Assembly: GCA_963733035.1 (NCBI GenBank) | Contig: CAVTBU010000009.1 | Coordinates: 32,001 to 96,000 of the forward strand | DNA from: Pirellulales bacterium | GTDB taxonomy: Bacteria > Planctomycetota > Planctomycetia > Pirellulales > PALSA-1355 | Reading direction: 5' to 3' | DNA: 64,000 nucleotides | Shown: positions 50,074 to 61,100 of the stretch, piece by piece | Numbering within the stretch: the first letter of the stretch is position 1 | How the letters are laid out: the number at the start of each line of letters is the position of its first letter | Translations under genes and position numbers: made by a program | The notes under the pieces: model-generated | What the model saw: only the letters and a program-made list of their open reading frames with translations | What the model was told of the DNA's origin: nothing | Database searches by the model: none

Positions 50074-52929
50074 TTGTCCGCTATAGGGATTGAAGAAACC
50101 CGAGGTGTCGATCGTGACGGCGACGGGCATGAAGTGCGTGATGCCGGCGCCGGCGGTCAGGAACGTCCAGTGGTAACTCTGCGCCGGATTGAAATCGACG
50201 AGACTCCCTAGATCGTTGGCTGGCGTTAGCGAAACGAGATCCAAGGTCATGATGCCATACATTGACGCCGCGCCCTGGCAGGCGAGCAGATCCCAGCCGA
50301 CCGGTCCGCCGGCGGTGCCACCGGCGCTATTGATTTCGAGACGAAAGATGCCGCTTTGGAAATCAAGGGCGCCCGCGGTGAGGATTCCCGGAGAATTACC
50401 CGGAGAGACAGTGCCTCCGTGTTGTGTCAGCGTGCCGGCAATGGTGCCCGTTCCGGAAAGCACCCCCGCATCGTTTTTTACATTGCCGTTGATGAGACCG
50501 TTGTCGATCAAGTTGCCATAGTTAGTAACGAAGGTAGCGAGCGTGCCATTCTCTATATCGACCAAACTCGATGACTCATTGATCAGCGCGTTGGACGCCG
50601 AGACATACCCACCGCCGCTGACGGTCAAGGATCCCTGGCCGCCGTTGTTTCCAAGGTAAATACTCTGGTTGGATTTCCAGACCGAATCGACGCCATTGAC
50701 CGCGACCGAGCCGATGCCGCCGCCGTAGTTGCCGACATAAACACTGTCGGTCGTCCACGAGGCGCCGCCGGTAATTGAAACCGAGCCGGTCGTTCGATTG
50801 CCGATGATCGAAGCACTCGTGCCTCCCGAGACGGCCATGCTGGTATGCGCGCCGTCGAGGTGTAGCGCTCCGACGCCGCCCGACGAGGAATCGGTGTAGC
50901 CGACGTAGACTGGGCCGCTGTCGATGACAGCTCCATCCGTGGCGTTCAGGGTGCCCGTGCCGTGCTGGCCAATGATCATCGTCGTGGCCATGGGCACGGA
51001 AACATTGCCGTGCACAGACAGATTCGAGAAGCGGCCGCTGACGGTGACGGTTCCCTGCGAACCGGTCTGGTCGCCGACGATCATGGCAAAGTTTTGGCCG
51101 GCGAACGAACCTCGGTTGGTAATCGTTAGCTGCCCGACGCCCTCTTGTCCGACGGTAATGGTTCCGGCCGAAGTCCCGGTCGACATTGTCGAAACCGGCC
51201 CGTCGATATGGATGTTGCCGAACGAACCGGGATCCGAACCAATAGCCGCTGAGTCGGTGAAATTGGCCGTGCCGCCGTTGGTGACGCTCAGCGTTCCCAA
51301 GCCAGCGCCGCCGACGGTGAGACTCGAAAACGAGATCTGCGAATTGGGTCCATCCACGGAAACGTGGCCTTGCGATCCGCCGACAGTCGCCACGACCAAG
51401 TGCCCAGAACTCGTCGCGGCGCCACCACCGTTTACGTTAAAAGTTCCGCTGCCGCCTTGGCCCACAACCAGGCCGCCAAGCGACATTTGCGAACCTATGC
51501 CGCTGACGGTGAGCAGGCCGGATGAACCTGGGCTGTAGCCGATCGCAGATGACATTGGGAAGAAGGCGTTTGCCTTGGCTCCTCCGGTAACCGACATAAA
51601 CCCGGAGCCCGAACCGCCCAAGAGCAAGTTGCCGACGGTTAACTGCGTGCCAATACCGTCGACCATCACGCTGCCGCTGGCTCCAGTCGATTGCCCTACC
51701 AACATTCCAGCGGACGTGAGGTCTGCGATGGCGCCTCCACCGAGGAAAAACGTACCGGTGCCACTGGCGCCAACTGTCATGCCAGTGATCTCCTGGTTAC
51801 CATATCCAGCGGATTGCAGTTTTGAACCGACTCCGCTGACGGTCAGACTGCCGTGTGCGCCACTTGTGTCGCCCAAGACGATGGGGCCACCCAACTTGGC
51901 CGTCGCACCGCCAGTGACCGACATGGCTCCCTGACCGCTCGCACCCAAGGTTAGCGACACTCGGCCTGCCGAACCGTAACCTGCCGGCTCCAAAAGTGAA
52001 TTGGCCCCATCGACCATGATGCTGCCCTGCGCGCCGACGTCCTGGCCAACGACAAGTGGCCCTGCCAAGACAGCTTTGCCGCCGGAGGTTACCGAGAGAG
52101 CCCCCTGACCGGCGCCACCGATCGTCATCGAGGTCATGACAAAGCTGCCGTATCCCGGAGTCTCGAGCACGGAGCCGGCACCGCCGATGCTGATGCCGCC
52201 TTGCGAGCCGATCTCTTGGCCGACCATTACCGCCCCAGCAATGTCGGCCTTTGCGCCACCAGAGATTGCGAGCGAGCCGTTGCCACCCTGGCCCACGGTG
52301 AGCCCCGAGCCAAGCGTGGTGAGCATGCCGTGGTTGCCACTGACGTTCAGCGTGCCTTGCGACTGCGCGTCGCGCGCGACGATGGTTGCGCCTTGCGTGT
52401 TTACCGTGCCGGAATTCACCAGGAGAGTACCCGTACCACTGGCGCCGACCACAATTTCACCTGGAGGGAGGGGTGGAAGAATCTGTACGTCCGTTCTCAA
52501 TTCCGCTGTAGAGTCGACCGTAACCGTCGCCTGGGCACCTGCGTGGTCGCCAATCCAGATGTTGCTGGCCCTTAACGTTGCGAAATCGAGCGTAAGGTTG
52601 GCAGTGTCGCCCGATTGAAGGCCCAGATCGAATCCTGGCAGGACCGGGTCGACTGAACTGTAAGATCCGCCAAACAGCGTGAGTGTGTCATTGCCGACCT
52701 TGATTTGATCCACATAGACTGGTGCGCCACCGGAAACTTCATAGCCGGCCGAACCGAGATCAAAAATGGCCGTGTCGCTCAGTCCCGGAGGACCCGACGG
52801 CTGCCAATTGGTTGCCGTGCTGAACTGACCGGAGACGGCCGATTTCCAATTGAAATCGGCGGCTTCCGCGCGGAAACAGTGAAGAGGTAGTAGTAAGATT
52901 GCGACGGTGACGCGTAAGATGGCGTTCAT
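49951..52929 (-). CDS. PEP-CTERM repeat surface protein (paralog 1, about 992 aa)
   Basis: MNAILRVTVAILLL..AADFNWK; Gly-rich beta-helix-like repeats; SPGNSPGIL; VPEPSS..RRRR. Confidence 0.93.
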   Translation of the reverse strand: MNAILRVTVAILLLPLHCFRAEAADFNWKSAVSGQFSTATNWQPSGPPGLSDTAIFDLGSAGYEVSGGAPVYVDQIKVGNDTLTLFGGSYSSVDPVLPGFDLGLQSGDTANLTLDFATLRASNIWIGDHAGAQATVTVDSTAELRTDVQILPPLPPGEIVVGASGTGTLLVNSGTVNTQGATIVARDAQSQGTLNVSGNHGMLTTLGSGLTVGQGGNGSLAISGGAKADIAGAVMVGQEIGSQGGISIGGAGSVLETPGYGSFVMTSMTIGGAGQGALSVTSGGKAVLAGPLVVGQDVGAQGSIMVDGANSLLEPAGYGSAGRVSLTLGASGQGAMSVTGGATAKLGGPIVLGDTSGAHGSLTVSGVGSKLQSAGYGNQEITGMTVGASGTGTFFLGGGAIADLTSAGMLVGQSTGASGSVMVDGIGTQLTVGNLLLGGSGSGFMSVTGGAKANAFFPMSSAIGYSPGSSGLLTVSGIGSQMSLGGLVVGQGGSGTFNVNGGGAATSSGHLVVATVGGSQGHVSVDGPNSQISFSSLTVGGAGLGTLSVTNGGTANFTDSAAIGSDPGSFGNIHIDGPVSTMSTGTSAGTITVGQEGVGQLTITNRGSFAGQNFAMIVGDQTGSQGTVTVSGRFSNLSVHGNVSVPMATTMIIGQHGTGTLNATDGAVIDSGPVYVGYTDSSSGGVGALHLDGAHTSMAVSGGTSASIIGNRTTGSVSITGGASWTTDSVYVGNYGGGIGSVAVNGVDSVWKSNQSIYLGNNGGQGSLTVSGGGYVSASNALINESSSLVDIENGTLATFVTNYGNLIDNGLINGNVKNDAGVLSGTGTIAGTLTQHGGTVSPGNSPGILTAGALDFQSGIFRLEINSAGGTAGGPVGWDLLACQGAASMYGIMTLDLVSLTPANDLGSLVDFNPAQSYHWTFLTAGAGITHFMPVAVTIDTSGFFNPYSGQFYVSQVGNSLQLNYSVPEPSSAVLALLAVGLLAFRRRRAR

Positions 52930-52965
52930 GATGGCATTTCTCAGATTGACTGTTCCTGGCTCAAA

Positions 52966-52991
52966 TTTGGAATTCGAACGGGAATTCCAAA
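52966..52991. promoter_or_regulatory. Perfect inverted repeat TTTGGAATTC-N6-GAATTCCAAA upstream of the PEP-CTERM array
   Basis: 10-bp arms about 37 nt upstream of ATG 52929; function unknown. Confidence 0.4.
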
Positions 52992-53554
52992 GTGCCTTTC
53001 GGCAGATCGGGTGGAAGAGCAGTGAGTCTGCGAACGGTCGGTTGGATGTCGACACGAGGCCGCAGATGCGTGGAAGCGCAGCGCCTAAGGCGTAGTTAGC
53101 CGCACGAAGTTGTCGAGGGGGGACCACAGCCGAGGGGCCAAGCGGACCTCAAGCGTCCGTCGGCGGCAAATGCGATCTAATCGCCCGCCAGGTATCTTGA
53201 GGTGAGGAACACGCAACGGCAGAAGTGCAGGCTGGTCCACGAGCGGTGCGCACACCGTCTGCGGCGCCAAAGTCACTGCATGTTGCGTTTCATGAGCATC
53301 TCCCCATGCATCGGCGAGAGTATGTCGCGGTAGTGAGTGCGGTTCCACCCACGATGGTCGGATTGTATTCCGGCAAAGGGGGGACTCAAGAGAATTCCGA
53401 GCAAATGACGAAATCGTCATTTTTGGCATCTAAAGCGACAGAAACCCCACGCTCTTTTGCCTGTTTTTGGGCTGACGGGGCGAGAAGTGACTTCGGCGTC
53501 AAGTGTCGCGGGCACTCGATTGACGGTTCTTCGGGGATACCGAGGATCAGACCT

Positions 53555-54550
53555 CTATTGTGCTGGGGCTTTCCGCGCGCCGCTTCGGTTGGCGACGAGG
53601 AGAACCAACGTTCCGCCGAACAGCGCCAACAGCAACGTCGACGGTTCAGGGACGGGCGTGATGACATAGCTCGCGTAGTTGACGTCTGACGTCTCGCCGG
53701 TGTAACTGGCGCCCAAGCCGGCCGCGTCCAGGATCTGCTGATCGGTCAGAAGTGGATAGTTCGTGCCATAGCCAAGGTTGACGGCTTCGACAAACAGGTT
53801 CGCGAGAAAGCCGTTCCCCACGGCAGCCGGGTGCAGTGCATCCTGGAAGAAATGCGTGGGGTCGCTGCTGGCATTGACCATGTCGATCGTCACGCCGCCG
53901 ACAACAAAAGGGGCAGCGTTCAAATCGCGCAACACGCTTTCCAGGTCGAGATATACCAGCCCACGCGAGAGCACCTCGGGCTCAAGCAGCGCGTTGATTT
54001 GGTTGATTGCGATTTCGCCACGCGCTTGCGTGGTGGGTGTGTTAAAGATCGCGCGGCCACCGGGCACAAGTTCCAGGTCGGGAATTCCTGCGACGACCAT
54101 TCCCAGCGGATGCGCTGCCAGCACGGTATCCATCGCCGTATCGATATTGTTGACGACGTTCTGGCAAAATGAGGTCAATGCAGCGCCGGAAAGTGCGCCA
54201 CTGGCGATTTGCGTTGCTTGAGCGTTGAAGTCGTTCGATCCGATCGAGAGTGTTGCCAGGTCGACGTTGCCCGCGGATACCAGCGCGGCGACTTGTGTAT
54301 GCTGCCCCTGAGTAAGCAGCGTGGCGCTGGTGGCACCGCCAACAGCAACGTTATAGGGATTACCCGAGCCGCCGTAGTTCCACCCTTGATAGTTGGCCTC
54401 GTAGGGCACCCAACTGTGGTTGTACGTGCTGCCAGCGGTTTCGCTGGCTCCCATGGCCGCGAAACCATGGATCGTGACCGCGCGGGCGTGACGATTCGCC
54501 GTGATCGACGCCACGATGACAAGCGCGGCGAAAAGCGTGCTCCGACTCAT
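53555..54550 (-). CDS. SGNH/GDSL hydrolase with PEP-CTERM anchor
   Basis: Block I AMGASET, block II NVAVGGATS, block III IGSND, block V DALHP; VPEPSTLLLALFGG. Confidence 0.88.
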   Translation of the reverse strand: MSRSTLFAALVIVASITANRHARAVTIHGFAAMGASETAGSTYNHSWVPYEANYQGWNYGGSGNPYNVAVGGATSATLLTQGQHTQVAALVSAGNVDLATLSIGSNDFNAQATQIASGALSGAALTSFCQNVVNNIDTAMDTVLAAHPLGMVVAGIPDLELVPGGRAIFNTPTTQARGEIAINQINALLEPEVLSRGLVYLDLESVLRDLNAAPFVVGGVTIDMVNASSDPTHFFQDALHPAAVGNGFLANLFVEAVNLGYGTNYPLLTDQQILDAAGLGASYTGETSDVNYASYVITPVPEPSTLLLALFGGTLVLLVANRSGARKAPAQ

Positions 54551-54970
54551 GAGCGGCCTTGTTGAGAAGAAACGAACAGTTACAACTGGCTGCTATCTCA
54601 AACCCCGATCTGTGTCTGTAGTTTCTCACGAATCACCTGACACGGCAAACGGCGATGCCAATAAATGCGGCCCGCGTCAACAAAGGGTCGCAGCGTACCT
54701 TCGGGCGGGGGCCAAGATTTCCTATTGGGTCGATCGAAATTCGATTTTAATTCCGGCTGCGTAGAGCAAGCCCGGACTGACACGTTGACTTGCCGCCTAG
54801 GTCGTAACAGACTTGTTTGTTTGGCGAGAATTAACCGCCAAGAGACACCAAAACGATCGTTGAGCCAGGTGAATCACCTCGATACGTCGACTTGCTGAAA
54901 TCGCCCGAAAAGGTCATCATGCGTCTATCGTCGACTCACACTCTCGAATAGATTTGTCGCGTCTCGCGCC

Positions 54971-55393
54971 ATGCATGAAGCGATTGCGAACCAACTGTGG
55001 CTGGGCACAGCCGCCGACGCCCGCAACGTTGAAGGGGTTGTGGGAAGGGGGATTATTGCGGTGGTCGATCTGGCAATGGAAGAGCGCCCGATCGTTTTTC
55101 CGCGCGACGTTGTCTATTGCCGAATTCCGCTGGTGGATGGTGCCGGCAATCGGCCAGAAATCATTCGGGGGGCGGTTGTTCTAGTGGCCAGCTTTCTTGA
55201 GTCTGGCGTGCCGATGCTGGTCGCTTGCGGTGGCGGAATGAGCCGCTCGCCAATCGTCGTAGCCGCGGCCATCGCCGCGATCGATGGTTCGACGATCGAG
55301 GATGCCCTGGAACAGATTACTGCGGGCGTCGCGCACGATGTTTCGACGAGCATGTGGGCCGACGTGAAGGCGGCCTGCGAAGGAAACGTGTGA
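54971..55393 (+). CDS. Dual-specificity protein phosphatase-family protein
   Basis: LWLG..GIIAVVDLA..IPLVDG..LVACGGGMSRS (Cx5R). Confidence 0.9.
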   Translation: MHEAIANQLWLGTAADARNVEGVVGRGIIAVVDLAMEERPIVFPRDVVYCRIPLVDGAGNRPEIIRGAVVLVASFLESGVPMLVACGGGMSRSPIVVAAAIAAIDGSTIEDALEQITAGVAHDVSTSMWADVKAACEGNV

Positions 55394-55808
55394 TCGCTGC
55401 GTTGAGACGCCCCTGCTGTTCGTCTTCGTGTCTCAGACTGCGCCAACGTCGGGCAATTCCGCGGTTCGAGGACTCGCGAAATCGACTGTAAGGCCCCTTG
55501 AGACCCGCCAGTTTTGTTAATTTTTGTTCAGGTGACCAAAGGTAACGCTCTGCCTGTAGGCGCGGCAGATATTGAGTTTTAGCAACCCTTCGCGAGCGTT
55601 TCTTGTACTTGTGGGCGGTGTCGCCGCGGCGCGACACCGAACAACGCTTGTCGAACCTGCGCCGGCGACGACAGCCGGTGCGCTGCGCGCCCGTTCGCTC
55701 GTTGCGAAGCATTGTAACACGGGTATGTTAGGTGATATGGTTCGCCGTTATGGAAGGCGCGCCGCCAATCTTCAGTTTTACCGCCTGCCTGGATTGGAGT
55801 TCGCTTCG

Positions 55809-57963
55809 ATGTTCACTTGCCACAATTCGTTCGTGTTCGCGTTGGTCTCATCCGCCCTTGTTGTTTGTGCGGGGCGGTCCGCCTTTGGCGAGGAGCCCGC
55901 CGGAAGCTCGCCGGAGGATATGCAGGCGGATTTGCTGATCGTCGGTGGGACGGAGTCGGGCTGGGCCGCGGCCATTCAGGCCGCGCGGATGGGTGTCGAG
56001 CGAATCGTCTTGGTCAACGATGTCGACTGGCTGGGCGGGCAGTTCACGGCCGAAGCAATGGTCGCCATCGATGAAAATCGCTCCTTGCAGGAGGCCCAGC
56101 GGACCGACGTCGGGCGGCGGCCTTCGATTCCGCGCTCCGGACTGTTCAAGGAGTTGACCGATATTATCGAGGCCTTCGATGCCGAGGAGTTCGGCAACCC
56201 CAACCCTGGAAACACAATTGTCGGCACAACTTGTCGGCCGGCCGATGCGGCTGAGATTTTTCAAGGCATGATCGTTCCCTACGTCGGCCGCGGGCAGATC
56301 CAAATCATTCCGTATAGCTACTATCCCGTGGCGGCGCAGCTTGCCGAGGACGGGAAAACGCTCCGTAGCGTCAGATTTCGCAGGATTGGCGTGGATCAAA
56401 ACGAGCCGCAACACGACGGGGATTTCAGTGTCACGGCGCGGATCACGATCGATGCGTCGGATTGGGGTGAGGTGATCCAGCTTTCCGGTGCGGAATTCGA
56501 ATATGGTCCTGACTTGCGGAGCAAATACGGTGAACCGTTGGCTCCCACGAAACGCGACGATTACCCGCTGACGGATATGAATCCGATCAGCTACTGCCTC
56601 GTGATCGAGGAGACCGATGGCGAGCAAGTGGTGCCGCGGCCAGAGCACTACGACGAGCGGCGTTACTTCAATACGACGCGGTTGACCCGGTCGGAGGAAG
56701 ACGCGCTTCCCTGGCCGCACAAACCAGTGGAAGCCTTCGCCACGGTCGATGACGTCTATGGCGCGCGGCGGATCGTCGACCACTATGGCGTGGCAGGTGT
56801 CGCCGGCCCCGACGCGATCCTTCTGTGCTGGTTCGTGCAGGACTATCCGCTCGACGTGCTGCCGCGGCACGTGGTTGAGGAACTCGAAAACATCGCGCCG
56901 GGGGCCTCGCGCAAGAATATCGTGACGATGACTCGCCGCGAACGTCAGGTGGTGTTCGACGATGCCAAGCAGCACTCGCTCGGCATGCTTCATCACTTGC
57001 AGACGACGGTACACGACCGCATGAAAGACCGCGCCCACAGCTTTCGGCGGTTTCAGCTCAGCAACGAATTTCGCACACCGGACCATTTGCCACCGAAGCC
57101 CTACCTGCGCGAGTCGCTAAGACTGAAGGCGATGTATATGATGCGCCAACAGGATACTTCGCCGGTCGTTCCCGACGGCGACACCTATGCTCGCGTGATG
57201 TATCACGACGGAATCACGCCCTGGCAGTTCGAATATGATTTTCATATGACGGGCCGGACGTTTCTGCCTGATGACGCGACGGGAGAGGCATGGCAATCGT
57301 ATTTCAAACCCGGGCGAGAGTGGGGGCCCCCGTATTCCGGACGATGCTTGATTCCGCTGCGGAGTCTAATTCCGCAGCGCGTTGATGGTTTGCTCGGCGC
57401 AGAAGAACTTGGGATACTCGAGCATTGTGAGTTCGGCCGTCCGGCTGCATGACCAATGCATTGCCATTGGCCAGGCGGCCGGTGCCGCGGCCGCCGTGAG
57501 TCTGGCCAGTGAGAAGCCGCTGCGAACCATTCCCTTCGACCGAACGTTGTTGACCCAGGTGCGAACCGGACTGTGCACGTCGCTCGAAGGTGGTATGCCG
57601 ATGGCGCTCTGGCCGTTTCGCGACATGGCCGTCGAGCATCCTGCGTTCGAAGCGGTGAATCTCCTGGCGGTGGCGGGCGCCTTGCCCTGCAAGCCGGACG
57701 AGGTCGATTTTCGCCCGGACGAACCCGCGACCGCCGCCTGGAGGCAGGCTGTCGTCGAGGCGACCCGAAAGGCCAAACCAACATGTGACAAGGTCGAGCC
57801 TCCGCGGGGTGAAATGCCCCGGGGTGAGTTTGCCGCCCGTTGGTGGCAGGCGGTGCGCGAACTCCCCGATGCGCCGTATGTACGACATTCCGAGACCGAC
57901 GCCGACGGCGATGGAATCAAAGACGCCGACGACGCGTTGCCTCTGGTCGCAGAACGTCGCTAG
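55809..57963 (+). CDS. Exported FAD-dependent oxidoreductase (FAD_oxidored-like), frameshift near 57400
   Basis: DLLIVGGTESGWAAAIQAAR, WLGGQFT, IDASDWG, PYLRESLR, IPLRSLIP. Continues QKNLGYSSIVSSAVRL..GQAAG in the next frame, then an SLH-like segment and a DADGDG tail. Confidence 0.9.
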
Positions 57964-58198
57964 CTAAATGGCGACGTCGTAAGAAGTTCACGACACTCCG
58001 GTCGTTTCACGCTCGTGAATTTCGCCGTCTTTTTTGACACTTTTCTGATTTTTGTCGGCCGAAATCATCATTTTGCCCTACAATGGCGCCCCTCGTTAGA
58101 CGAGTTCGAGCTTCCACACCCGAAGGGGTGGCTGGAAGCCGTTGGAATGGACATCCGACGTGCCCCGAGTCATCGAACCTGCAAGCAAGGAGAATGCC

Positions 58199-61100
58199 AT
58201 GTTACGTCGTCGCACGAGTCGTTCGCCTCGCGTAGCGGTCGCCAAGCGCCGTCATCCGAACCACCGTCGCCTGGTCGTGCGCGCTGAATTGCTCGAAGAC
58301 CGCCGTCTGCTGACATTCGTTTGGGCCAATCGCGGCGACAGCAGCGACATGTTCGACGCCGCCTTCGGCGCCAACGCCGAACTGGCGCGCGGCGTTGTCG
58401 ATTCGGCGCTTGCCGAATGGAATCGCGTGGTCGTGGGCTACCAAGGCAGCGACTTCCAGACGCAGATGACGATCATGATGGATCCGACCAATCCGTCGAC
58501 GAGTGCCTTTGCCTCCAATACGGTGCCGGATTCCAACGGCGTGCCGGTTTCCGGCGATGTCACCATCAATATGGCGCTCGACAGCATGGGCAATACCAAG
58601 TGGTATCTTGATCCCACTCCCGACGATCACTCGGAGTTCATGGGGACGCTGGCGAATGCATTTGCACGCAGTCCGACCCCAGGCGGACCCGCAGACGGAA
58701 AGCGCGACTTGCGCACTTTGTTGATTCACGAGTTGGGGCACACGATGGGCATTTCATCGGGTTCACAGCTCATTTACAGCAATCCGGCGATCACGGTAAC
58801 GAACACTGGCATCCCAGACAACACGGTAGGCAGCGGCGGCAATAGCTACTGGCTGTTCCAGGGACCAACCACGAACGTGGTGATGACTGACTACGACATC
58901 AACGGGCCGGTGACGACCGTTTGCTGGGCACAACGCCATGCCTCGAACCGGAAATACACCAATCAACTTCAACGGCCAGAACTACTACACCGCCGTCGAC
59001 ACGATGCAGCCGACGAGCCTGAGCATTCGCCGGGTTCTGCTCAGCGACAAAGTCGCACACATGATGGCCGACATGGGCTACGACGTTGTTCCACCTGAGA
59101 CGTTTGGCACGTTTCACTCCGTGCTCAACACGTCCAGTGGATTGCTGACGATCCAAGGAGGCAACGACAACACGCTGATCAACAATGTTAACCAGGGCCC
59201 TTCGTCCGACACCATTTCTTTGCTCCGCTTCGGCGGCTATGTGTTTGTCGGCGTCGATGTCGGCGTCGACGTACCGGGATCGGGGCCGGGAACCGCGCCG
59301 CTCGACCAGCAGGACACATTCCTGAGCCGATTCCTCGTCAGTGATCTGAACAGTATTCTCATCGAGGGTTTTGGCGGCGACGATACCTTCAACTTCATCG
59401 GCGACTTCGGCTTCCTCAATTCACTCGTCGTGATTGCCGGCGACGGCGACGACACCGTCGACGGGGGAGGTATGAGCGGGTCCCAACCGCTGGTGGCCTT
59501 TGGCAGCAACGGCGACGACACGCTCATCGGCGGGCCCGGCAATGACATTCTGTCGGGCCTGGGTGGCGACGATACGATTCAAGGCCGCAACGGCAACGAT
59601 ATGTTGTTCGGCGGCACCGGCGAAGACCGCATTTACGGCGGCAACGGAAACGACGAAATCGACGGCGGCAACAACGATGACAGCCTGTTCGGCAATGGCG
59701 GCAATGACCACATCATCGGCGGACAGGGAAATGATTTCATCGTCGGCGGCACGCTCGTTCAGCAGTTCTTGCAGAATCTGTCGGACGGAGCGGACGAAAT
59801 CGATGGCGGACTGGGCAACGACCTTATTCTGGGTGACAACGCGCTGAGGAGCGATCCCCACGCCACTGGGCGGCGGCAACGATACGATTCACGGCGGCGA
59901 CGACAACGATACGATTTACGGCGGACTGGGCAACGACCGCATTTACGGCGATGCTGGCAACGATACGCTGCTGGGCTACGTCGGTAACGACCTGATCGAA
60001 GGGGGCGATGGCACGGATTCGCTGCGCGGAGAAGCGGGCGAAGACGATCTGGTGGGAGGCCGCGGCAGCGACATTCTTGACGGCGGCCCCGACGACGATT
60101 TTCTGGTGGGCGGCCTCTGGCTGGCCAATAGCTCGGACGCGAGCGCCGACACGCTCCGCGGTGGCGACGGCAATGATACGCTGATTGGTGACAACTTCGG
60201 CTTTGGGCCCAGTGTCGGCGGCGATGACACGCTCGATGGTGAGGGTGGCAATGACGTGCTGTTTGGACAATACGGTGACGATCTGCTGACCGGTGGTCTC
60301 GGCTCGGATGAACTCCATGGCGGCGATGGCGACGACACCCTGGTCGGGGGAACGATTCTGGGCGAACTCGATCCCAGCGCGGACGAACTTTACGGTGGAC
60401 GCGGCAGCGACACGCTCGTGGGCGACAATATCGGCTTTGGGGTAGGCACGGGTGGCAATGACTTGCTGAGCGGTGACGAAGACGACGACAACCTCTACGG
60501 CCAGTATGGCGATGACACCCTTCTGGGAGGCAGCGGCAACGACCTGCTTGTCGGCTTCGACGGCAACGATCAGCTCGATGGCGGTTCGGGCGACGACGAG
60601 CTAAACGGCGGAAACGGCAACGATCAATTGGTCGGTGGACTCGGCGTCGACGTGCTGGACGGCGGTGCCGACAACGACTTCCTGCTAGGCGGTACCTTCC
60701 TTGCGAACATAAGCGATGCCAGCGGTGACGAACTCAATGGCGGCTCGGGAGACGACATCCTGGTCGGCGACAATTTTGGCTTCGGGCCTGCCATTGGCGG
60801 GCCAGACCAGCTTCGAGGCGGATCCGGCAACGATCGAATCTTTGGGCAGTACGACGACGATTTGCTCGAAGGCAATGACGGCGACGACTATCTCTGGGGT
60901 GGCGACGGCAACGATCGACTCAATGGGAACGACGGAATCGATATTCTGATGGGTGACGCCGGTGAGGATACACTCTCGGGCGGCAGCGGCGGCGATAGGT
61001 TGTTTGGGGGCCTTGGCAACGATGAGCTTTCCGGCGATGGGGGCAGCGACGTGCTGGAAGGTGAGCAAGGCGACGACGTGCTCGACGGCGGAAACCAAGA

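Noticed and set aside
44638..52929. Diversity-generating retroelement (TR/VR) explanation for the C-terminal repeats
   Set aside because: No reverse transcriptase in the window; one pair is identical, the other differs at only four sites, and the region is a membrane anchor rather than a ligand-binding domain.
54641..54662. Sigma-54-like TGGCATCGCCGTTTGC upstream of the SGNH gene
   Set aside because: GG-to-GC spacing is 11 nt rather than the required 10.
9900..59870. Programmed frameshifting or mass pseudogenisation
   Set aside because: No slippery heptamers or accumulated stops were seen, and unrelated genes are affected; sequencing error is simpler.
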